From assembly GCA_050084515.1 (NCBI GenBank), contig CM114271.1, forward strand, positions 31,310,001 to 31,374,000: a stretch of DNA of 64,000 bases, written 5' to 3'. Below, in pieces: positions 54,524 through 64,000 of the stretch; within the stretch, counting starts at the first letter, position 1; each line of letters starts with the position of its first letter. Below the pieces are notes generated by a model. It had not been told where the DNA came from, searched no databases, and worked only from the letters and a program-made list of their open reading frames with translations. This stretch comes from Blasia pusilla. Lineage: Eukaryota. Position numbers and translations under genes: made by a program.

Positions 54524-57353
54524 TTGTCGTTGGTCATCACGGAGCTGTCGGGTGGTCTGGTTGGGGACCGTGGTGCGGATAGTGGTGATTTCACACAGAG
54601 TGGATTTAGGCATCGGCTACCTTTTCCACTTCCGACGGTTGATGAAGAGGAGGACGAGGGTGTTCCAAACACCGAGTCTTCTACGTTGTTATCGAGTGTT
54701 GCAGCTCCACTGATTTGGGACATGGACGGGATATATGGGGCCATGAAGGGCCCACTCGGGTGCAGTGGGTACCATTGAGTTGGAGGACTTCGTGCAAGAG
54801 TTTGATACGTGGTGTGATATGCAGATGTTGCGGAACGCCACGTTGTTTACACCCTTCTTGGCTTGGAAGGGGTTGTTTCAGCACTTGGAGGGACCACCCA
54901 TGGATAATTACCATGAGTTTAGGAAGGACCATTTTGCTGAGATTGAGGCGTGGAGACAATATTAGTCTCCAGGCTATGTGTCTATCACCTATGGTGGTAT
55001 TGGTAGTAGTGCTCCTACTATGCAAGCTAGCCCGACGTTGAGTGCTACGAGTACGATCCGGAGTGGGGGTACCAGTGGAGGTACCCATGGAGGTACCAGT
55101 GGGGGTACTAGTGGAGGTACTAGTGCCCCACCATCGTTTAGCCCAGTTGAAGAAGAAATATCAGGGAGTGAAGACAGAGAAGTTGAGGAGTCTTCAAGAA
55201 TTTGAGCGAAAGACTGGTGAGAGTCTTCGTGAGGCATACACTTGTATGCGACACTTAATTTCAATTACCCAGGGTGTGACTAAGGCTCAGGCAGTCCAGT
55301 TTTGGTATGGGATCTTCGACAGAGAGTTGCGCCGCAGGGTACGTGATGCTACTCTTATGAGTGATGATTCACCCATATTGACCCATGTATTTGCTCTATC
55401 TAAGAAGATTGAGCTTAACATGGTGAAGGAGAGAGTGGTGACATCCGCATTCAGTAGGGATACAACTACTACTTCTCGTGTTCAGCAGCCCACCTCACAG
55501 TCTCGTAATAGTGATGGTGGTAGTAGTAGTGGGAGTCGTGGGGGATACATAGGACCTCAATCAGGTCCTAGAGGGACACTTGCGCAGAGACCATTGCCTT
55601 CATTTGCTGCCCCGCAGCAAGGACAGTCATGTTGGACATGTGGAGGTGATCATGTTAGGAAGTTTTGTCCCCAAGAGGATGGGAGACGGACTTTGGAGGA
55701 TGGGCCTTAGTCGGCCCCAACTCAGTGTGATCATTGCGGAAGACCAGGTCATCCTCGAGAGTGTTGCTTTGATCTTCATCCAGAGTTGAGATCAGGCCAC
55801 GGCCGTGGTGGAGTAGCTCCGAGAGGCCGAGGTGGTAGGGGTGGTAGAGGTGGACCAGTGGTTGGAGAGCCTACGGTGGCCACCCCTACCACTACGACAG
55901 AGTCAGCTATGGCTTCCAGGATTGAGCAGTTGGAGCAGAAGTTGGCTACTATGGCTGGTATCCAGCATAGATCAGGTTCGGGAGCAGGGGCTTCCACCTC
56001 TTATGGAGGGGATGATCTCTCTTATATGGCAAGTGCAACACAGGTTGAGGCATCAGCTGTAGTTACGAGAGGAGCCACTCAAGCGTCAGAGCCACGTGGT
56101 GCTATTGTGGAGTTGGACCCACAGAGGGGTGACGCTGGGAGGCAGGCTAGGCTTCCCCAGTCATTCTTGTTGTCTGAGGTGCTTAGGACTTCATCCATGG
56201 TTCCTACGCAGCCTATTGAGCCGAAAGTGGGGACAGAGGCATCTACATCGCGTATAGTAGACACGGATCCAGCATCCACTACAGTATTGCGGATGGCAAC
56301 TTCAGTGTTGGGATCCCCATTGTTTTCGGCCACGGAGTTGATGGCTTTAGGAGTTCACTTAGCTCCTGTATTTCAGCTAGCAGCCACGTTGTGTGAACAT
56401 GGGGTATTCTTGCTACACATCTTTGAGGTGGATGAGGGTGTTGCGGTGGAGCAACCTCAGTATGTCGTATAGCATTGAGTACGGTGCTACTTGGCGAGCA
56501 AAGCGGCAAAGATGGATGCATTACCGGCCCGGCCACCATTGATCGTGAGAGGCTTACACCTGGTGTATGTATGTTGGACAACCGGAGTGGGATATTCCGA
56601 TTGGTGAGTCCTAGAGGACAGGTGTATAGACCAGATAGAGTCTTGTTAGACTCTGGTGCCCAACCTTTGATGTTGGGAAAGGCGGCATGTATTGGTTTGG
56701 GTATTTGGAGGTCAGAGCTTGAGCCTTGCCCATTCCAGATTCAAACATCACTTGGAGGAGCCAATGATAGGTCTCAATTCATGACACGGGAGAAGTTTTC
56801 TATACAGTTGAGACCAGATCATGCGACTGATAGTTCCCGGTTGGGAGTACCTGCAGTGGTCACATCAGCCGAGTCGTATGATGTACTAGTTGGAGGAGCA
56901 GTATTGTACCCGATGGGTTTTCAGATGGATTACTGGACTAAGACAACGTCTTATAGACCTGGTTGGCAGTCCGGGGATGGACGTATGAGCCAAGTTCCTG
57001 TGAGATTTATTTATGGGGCTCGACCAGGAGGGTCTTCCCCAACAGTGTTAGTATATGTGGCTGGTTTTAGTGGAGTAGTCACTTGGCCAGAAGACTTTTT
57101 GGAGGGTAATGTTTCTGCTATGGATTCTCCTGAGGAGGTAGAGGAGGTCTCTATTTTTGCAGCAGTGGCATCTTCATCGTTGGATGTGCCACTTTGGAGT
57201 TCAGGCGGTGCACTACGGGAGGAGGCTGATTGCCTAGTGCATGAGGCTTGGTGTGAGGCTGTTATACCTCACGAGGAAGAGGAGGACCAAAGGCGGACTC
57301 CTACTTCTGGTCCAGTTGGGTTATCCCCTTTGGATAATACACCCATTGTATGA
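54524..57353 (+). pseudogene. Gag (two CCHC knuckles) and aspartic protease, copy 2
   Basis: EDFVQEFDTW, CWTCGGDHVRKFC, CDHCGRPGHPRECC, an RGG-rich stretch, and protease VLLDSGA...YDVLVG. Confidence 0.9.
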
Positions 57354-57368
57354 CAGTATCCGCCAAAG

Positions 57369-58345
57369 GGCATTTGTGTGTTAGATCTCTTTGGTGGGAT
57401 TAGCACTGGTTTGGCAGCAGTGTTGCAGGCCGGTATTCCTGTGCGGAGATACGTGTATGTGGAGCAAGATGAGACGGCCCAGAGAGTCTCATCCCGACAT
57501 ATTGGTGAGTTGATGCGGAGATATCCTGAGTTGTTGCCGCCATCAGCTATTCGTGGGTACCAGCGTGCTTTGCCATCACACATTGCATTGTTGGGGGCGC
57601 AGGACCTTTAGAGGGTTGGTCCTTTGGATTTGGTGATTGCTAGATGGCCATGTCAGGGTCATACACGTGCTGGTCATGGTGAGGGATTACACGAACCTAG
57701 GTCTCGATTGTTTTGGGAGATGTTACGGGTGTTACGACATCTTCAGGTTCATCAGGCACGTGCTCTAGCTTACATTCTGGAGAATGTTCCATTGTTGGGT
57801 GACACTCGGACCCGGATGATGGCGAGTGTTCATAAGGTGTGGTCTTGGATTGGACCAACGGTGTTGTTGGATGCAGCGCGAGTTGGCTCGCGTGCACATC
57901 GTCCACGCTTGTGGTGGACAACCTTGTTGCCTAGGGAGGTTCTACGTTGAGCATATGATGCAGTGCAGCAGGATCCTTGCCTTACAGTGGATAGTATCTT
58001 GGATACTGGGCGACTTTCTCAGGTGGTGAGGGTTATTGATCGGTCACCCATGGCAATGGTGAACCGTGTGGGCCAGCCTAGAATGGCACTACCCACATTT
58101 GTGAGTTTTCCCTCGTCACATGCATACAGGGAAGGTGGTCTCGGGCTTGTATGGGATTCTCATGTGCGACAGTTGGTGGAGCCTAACGCTGATGAGAGAG
58201 AGCATGCGATGGGATTTGCTACTGGTGTGACATCGGTTGCTTCCATTTCTGAGGCTTCACGACGTCATGTGTTGGGTCAAGCCATGGACCTGAATTGTTT
58301 GACTTGGATTTTGAGTCTTGGTATGGCCGAGCAGCGTCAACTTCG
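57369..58345 (+). pseudogene. C5 cytosine DNA methyltransferase domain within pol, copy 2
   Basis: VLDLFGGIST (I), YVEQD (II), DLVIA(R)WPCQG (IV, catalytic PC intact), YILENV (VI), AHRPRLWWT (VIII), EHAMGF (IX), LGQAMD (X). ORFs starting at 56475, 57378, 57624 and 57963 share one frame and are split only by point stops. Confidence 0.93.
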
Positions 58346-58701
58346 GACTGTGTCTATGGGTCTTCCACCCCTTGTAATGAGCTCCATGGCTACCGGGGCG
58401 GTAGAGGCATCGGCTCGGGGCGAGGAGAGTAGTATTTTGCATCCTTGGAGTAAATGGGATGTAATGGCTGGGCATGTGGAGTTGGTTGCTCATGTTGGTG
58501 GAGGAGTTATTTGCTCAGATGATGGTGTAGCTAAGGGTGTACCATCTTGTGAGGGGTTGCGAGCGACCAATGGCATCGTCCTCCCCCCATTGTGCGGTGG
58601 AGGAGACTTGGGAGCCATTACTTGGGCCCAAGCTTACGGGAGGTGAGAAACGACGCTTGACATAGTTCCTACGTGCTTATAGGAGTTGTTTTGCCTTTAG
58701 C

Positions 58702-61675
58702 ATGAAGGAGTTGAGTGCTCTGGTTGGACCCGGTGTACGGATTGATTTGGCTAGTGATACGCCAATCTTCCGTCGTCCCTATCGATATAGTGATATGGAG
58801 AGGGACCTGATTCAGAGTAGGACGTTGGACCTTTTGGAGGCTGGATTAGTGGAGTTGTTGCATGGAGAGTATGCGTCAGCCACTGTCATGCCTGCTAAAA
58901 AGGATATGCATGGCAACTATCCGGATATGTGGAGATTACCGTCCTATCAATCGGAAAACCAAGGCCGATAGGTATGCCATGCCTACACTTGAGGAGATCT
59001 TTGATGTGGTGGGATAGGCAAAGATTTTCAGTACTTTGGATCTTCGGGCAAGATACCATTAATTGCCGATTCGGGAGAGTGATAAGGCCAAGACAACATT
59101 TTGGGGGGTCAACTCTCATGGCAAGGATTGTTTGTACCAGTGGAAATTCTTATCCTTTGGGTTGAAGAATGCACCTGACGAGTTTCAGAGAGTGATGGAC
59201 AGGATCCTAGCAAGGTTGGATTTTGTTCGGTGTTACATTGATGATATCTTGGTGTTCAGTAACACGGTGGAGGAGCATCAGATGCATTTGCAGATGGTGT
59301 TTGAGCGGTTGAAAGCTCATGGTCTACGTTTGCATCCAAGAAAGTGTAAGTTCTTCCATGAGGATGTTGAGTACTTGAGTCATGTGATCTATCCAGGTGG
59401 TTTGGGAGCAAGCAAAGGTGGAGGCTATTGCACTTATTCCGCATCCGGTAGATGTGAGTAGAGTTCGAGCATTCATGGGATTGGCGAAGTACTATCGGAG
59501 GTATGTGAAGGGATTTAGTGCTATGGCAAAGCCTTTGAACCAATTGCTGAAATCAGATCAAGAGTGGCACTGGGGATATGATCAGGAGAGAGCTTTTGTG
59601 GAGCTTAAGGCCCAGTTGGTGGCAGCGCCTATCTTGAGGAGACCTATCAGAGGGCGCCCATTTCACTTACACACTGATTGGAGTAGGTTGGGACTTGGAG
59701 CGGTGTTGACACAACATGATGATGAGCACATGGAGTTTGTGGTGGCCTATGCAAGTCGTTCGAATAATGCAGCAAAGTCGCGCTATAGTTCATATGAGGG
59801 AGAATGCTTGGCAGTAGTGTGGATTGTGGCACACTTTAGGTGTTACTTGTTTGGCACACAGTTTACTCTTGTTACTGATTACCAGCCGCTCAAGTGGTTG
59901 ATGGAGTCTGACAAGCTTACAGGGAAGCTTGCACGGTGGGCTCTTATCTTGCAGGAGTATGACTTCCAGGTGGTACATAGACCTAGAGTTGCCAACCTTA
60001 ATGCTAATGGGTTGAGTAGGAACCCATGTACTAGCCAAGAGGATACAAGTGGGGCTAGATGGCATGGCGAGGTTGATGAGGAGATGGTGTCAGGTTGGCA
60101 TGCATCCGCCTTTTTATGTTGGTTAGGGGTGGACTCTAGTATGGAGGACCACATGATATCTTACTCTAGTCAGAGGGTAGATGGATAGCCTTCATATCCT
60201 AAGGTTGGAGATGGTAGTACGGATCAGCATGATATTCATGATGATGCGTTGGTGTTGGAGTTCCTACGGACCAGTAGGGTGCCAGGCATAGTGAGTGCCA
60301 AGGAGCGAGACCGTGTTCTTCAACGTGCTAAGAGGTATCGATTGGAGGGAACACATATTCTCCGTGTGTGGGAGGATGGTAGAGTACGAGTAGTGCCGCA
60401 TTTGGCTCGAGAGAGAGCGCATTGTGCGGACATGCCCATGAGGAGTTGGGACATTTTGGGGTAAAGCGTACGTATAGCTTACTCCTTGGTCAGTATTGGT
60501 GGCGTGGCATGCATACTCAGGTGCAACAGTTGGTGTCAAGTTGTATGGTTTGTGACCGGGTGAGGGCATCATTCAATGCCCCTACACCACAATTACACCC
60601 CTTGCCTATTATGGGGTTGGGTTATTGTTGGAGTGTGGACTTTGCGGGACCGTTACCGCTGACTATACGACATCATCGATATGTGTTGGTGATGGTGGAG
60701 CACTTCTCCAAGTGGATTGAGTTGGTGGCATTACCTAACAAGGCAAGTGAGGGAACGGCGTATGCGTTTCTTGATAGAGTGCTTAGTCATTTTGGTGGAC
60801 TAGCTGAAGTGCTGACCGACCAGGGTACAGAGTATCAGGGTGAGTTTCAGGTCTTGTGTGACAAGGCATTGATTGATCATCGGACCACGTCTCGAGATCA
60901 TCCAGAGACGGATGGTTTGGCTGAGCGTGTGGTTCAGACGGTGAAGAGGGCATTGCGCAAGTATGGCCTACAGAAGGGGCATCTTGGAGACTGGGATATT
61001 CAGTTGCCATGGTTAGCCATGGGGTATAGGTTCAGTCGCCAAGCATCCTTGGCTTCCTTCTCACCTTATATTCTGATATACGGCCGAGATCCAGACTTGC
61101 CAGCAGCAATTTGTCGGGAGTCTAGTGAGGTGGTGAACCTTGATGACCCAGAGATGTGGATGAGAGTGTGTTCTCAACGGGCAGAGCTCTTTCGGAGAGT
61201 TATGCCAACAGCCTTTGAGAATCTTGCCATTGCTCAACACAGGGATACATTGCGGTATGCAACCATTCGAGGTGGAGGTTATCGACCATCAATTCGTAGG
61301 TTCCATGTGGGGGACTATCTCTATTTTCAGCAGATTGCACCGTCAACGTTGGATATGACGGTAGGCCGCACTATTTTATGAGTGCCCGAGGTCTTAGGTT
61401 CTTGAGTTCTCATGTTGGAGGGTCGTGATGGAGTTGTTTGGAAGGACCATGTGCGTAATTGTGCGCCATATCATCTTCCAAATGTGGATGGTACTGTTGA
61501 CCCAAGCTTAGCCATTATACGTGCTAGCTTGAGATGCATGTTGTGTGGGTCTGCTGGTAACGCAGCCCGTATGTTGGTGTGTGATCGGGGTTCTAGGGGT
61601 TGGCACATGATGTGTTTGACTCCACGTATGGATGTTGTTCCTATTGTAAGGTGGGTTTTTCCTCGATGTACTTAG
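58702..61675 (+). pseudogene. RT, RNase H, integrase and C-terminal PHD finger, copy 2
   Basis: RRPYRYS, FGLKNAP, CYIDDILVF, LHTDWS, YEGECLAV, HHCC (HEELGH..CMVC), DDE (SVDF, TDQG, LAERVV) and PHD at 61535-61672. Confidence 0.95.
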
Positions 61676-61838
61676 GAGAGGTAGATGACTTGATCTTTGC
61701 ATGATATGGATTACAGATGTGCGACTAACGATGGGGCAACCTAGCACCCGGCCTTCTGATTCGTGCACCCAAGAAGGTGTATAGCATGTAGTAGATGTAT
61801 AGGGCTTCCTGGGAGTTAGAGGGACCTAACCGCCAGTT

Positions 61839-61845
61839 AGGGGGG
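61839..61845 (+). promoter_or_regulatory. Polypurine tract, upstream of B1 rather than A2
   Basis: AGGGGGG lies 2 nt before B1. There is no purine run directly before A2. Confidence 0.6.
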
Positions 61846-61847
61846 CA

Positions 61848-62427
61848 AGTTGTGGTACACTTGTGTTTGTGGATGCTCTCGTCTATGTTATGTATGTATG
61901 TGAGTATGGTATGTCAGCGATGTATGTTGTATGATGATGTGGATTCGCACGACAACTGTCATAACCATACGGATTATGTCGTAGAGTATAGTGTGCTAGT
62001 AGAGGCCATACCTTATGTAGGGCCGCAGTGTCTAGGTAGAGATGCAATTTCATACATAGGGTTGGGGGTTACTTGATTGAGGGTGACTTTTCCAGTAGGG
62101 ACCGCTCTTAGGTTGGAGGATATAAGGTGGAGTGCACTCAAAGAACAGTTAGTTCTTTGAGTTGAGCCTGTTGCGTTGGGAGTTAGCCTTGGTAGTGAGT
62201 AGAGCTCTTGGCTATGGTGTTTCCCGCAAGCTTCGACCTCGATTCTCCCATCGTGGAATGGATTTGGCTCGATTGTATGTGATTCTATACGTGTTTTATG
62301 ACAGTAGGTTCACGGATTTCAGTTGTGGTACACTTGTGTTTGTGGATGCTCTCGTCTATGTTATGTATGTATATGAGTATGGTATGTCAGCGATGTATGT
62401 TGTATGACGATGTAAATTCGCACGACA
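61848..62427 (+). repeat. 3' terminal cassette B1 (61848-61954) - AC - A2 (61957-62321) - B2 (62321-62427)
   Basis: B1 and B2 are near-identical 107-bp copies AGTTGTGGTACAC...CGCACGACA. A2 matches A1. Confidence 0.93.
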
Positions 62428-64000
62428 TTTTTTCTAATTGGATTTTAGATTGTGTCACCCCTTGCTTACATACCAGTGAAAATTTGGGGAAAAAAAAAAA
62501 CCCTATCTTAGCAGTCAATACTTCCAAAATTTGGCCATTTTTTAATAAAAGTGCCCCTATCTTTGCTTGCACGGGGGCAAGTAATCCAATGAAGGGTAAA
62601 GTCCCCGAGCCCCCCTCGGCCAACACCTATGGAGTCAACGAGCAAGCTATCCAATTTGGATCTTCACACATTTATGAATTCCCACTCAAGATTACTGCAA
62701 CAACGATCGGAGCAAAATCAATGAGAAAAATCATTGATGTGGAGGGAGAGAAATTTTGGAATCTCAGTCATTTGTCTAGTTGGTTTGTTTGATATCATCT
62801 CTTCTTCGCTTTCTTCACACATCGTCTCCCCTCCGCTTTCTCCACAAAGTTGCTCTTCCTCAAATTACCTACTCGTTCCTTCCTTTATCTTGTTACTTTA
62901 CTTTTTTGACCTGAAATTGAGTACACCATCCAATTAAGCAGAGTTGGGTGGATAGGAGTTACTTTGATTTGAAAGAACAAGTCTCAAGTTTCATAAAAAA
63001 AAATGTATGGATAAAAATAATTACCCATGTGAATAAAGGTAACCCTCTTCCAACCACCAATAAAGGCATGGCATGAGTTTGCTAGATTCAATCTCCAGAA
63101 AAAGTAGTCCAAAATGACAATTAATAGTAGAGTGCTTCACTTGGCCCATGGAAATAATACTTAATTATAATTATTCTTTAGAGAGCTTCACTTCTTATAG
63201 AAGGCAATTTCTTTCCCCTTTTAGTAATCCCCCATGCTCCATAAATAGTATAGATTCCTCCATGAAAATTTGAACAATATCTTTTCTTCTCCTTCTATTT
63301 TTCCCACCCAAATAACATTGACTTTTAAATTTTTTTGTTAATTTTAATTAATTAAAATTTTCCCTTTTGAATTCGAATTCATTTTCCCTCCCAAAATATC
63401 ACATGCCAATAATTTGAAAAAAAAATTAAAAATCATTTCAAATTTTATTTTATTTTATTTAACCCTAAAAGAATAATGAAATTCCACTCTTCTAAATGAT
63501 TCCACTCTTCAATTAAAATTTAAATGATATCCCAAACCCCTAAATAAATATATCTTTCAATAAAATTTAAACAAAATTTATTCTTTCTCCACTAGAATTC
63601 ATTTCCGCTTCCCCTTAAATATAAATTAAGAAAAACATTTATTCATTTTTCTAATTATCACACTTTATTATCATTTAAGAGCACCCATTATAATACTAAT
63701 TAGTTAAATCATAAGGTATGAAGTAATAGAAAATAGAAAATTATTTTCCTCTTCCATTCAAATTCGTTGTAACCTCCTCTTCTGATTCATTTTTACCCAT
63801 CTAGTGACCTTGTGACTCAAAATTCTGACATGTTGCACTTTTGTTTTATTAATTTGTTATTTTTTTATTTTCCTTGTGTGGTCCCCCATTATAATATAAA
63901 TAGATAACTCGTCATCTTAAGCCAGTTTTTTCTCAACTGAAAATTTTAATTTCAACTAGCTACGATTACTCTTAACCTCGGATTTCCACGACCATTCATT

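Larger units (their letters stand above)
52730..62427 (+). mobile_element. Ty3/Gypsy retrotransposon copy 2 (gag-PR-DNMT-RT-RH-INT-PHD) with split direct repeats A1-internal-B1-A2-B2
   Basis: Ends TGTCAT...ACGACA with 4-bp TSD TTTT (52726-52729 and 62428-62431). Complete Gypsy domain order, disrupted by point stops and a few frameshifts. Confidence 0.92.

Noticed and set aside
52730-62303. Canonical element bounded by two ~346-bp TG...CA LTRs (52730-53075 and 61957-62303)
   Set aside because: No TSD (TTTT vs GTAG). Homology continues ~20 nt beyond the CA, the PPT is ~110 nt upstream of the 3' copy, and element-derived B sequence follows it.
52730-62427. DIRS/Ngaro/PAT tyrosine-recombinase element, suggested by the split repeats and methyltransferase
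   Set aside because: It encodes an aspartic protease and HHCC-DDE integrase in Gypsy order. No tyrosine recombinase motifs were seen, and the MTase is C5-type rather than the adenine type of DIRS.

Overview
Repeat-rich eukaryotic DNA, most likely from a non-seed land plant (inferred from GT-AG introns, a plant L-type lectin gene, plant-type Helitron termini and heavy C>T/G>A decay of transposons). It holds two intact intronless genes: a bacterial-type thioredoxin-coupled arsenate reductase (2058-2489) and an L-type lectin/Pro-rich/TM protein (40798-42384). It also holds a ~12.3-kb intron-containing Helitron (3734-16073), a probable non-autonomous Helitron and several decayed coding relics. 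The main result is two related, decayed Ty3/Gypsy retrotransposons (19272-29383 and 52730-62427). Their pol carries a C5 DNA methyltransferase in frame after the protease and ahead of RT, and a PHD finger follows the integrase. Both appear to self-prime, with 14-nt covarying complementarity. Neither has ordinary paired LTRs. Copy 2 reads A-internal-PPT-B-A-B and copy 1 reads A-internal-B-B, each with a 4-bp TSD. This suggests integration of a circular cDNA at an att-like CA-nn-TG junction inside the LTR.
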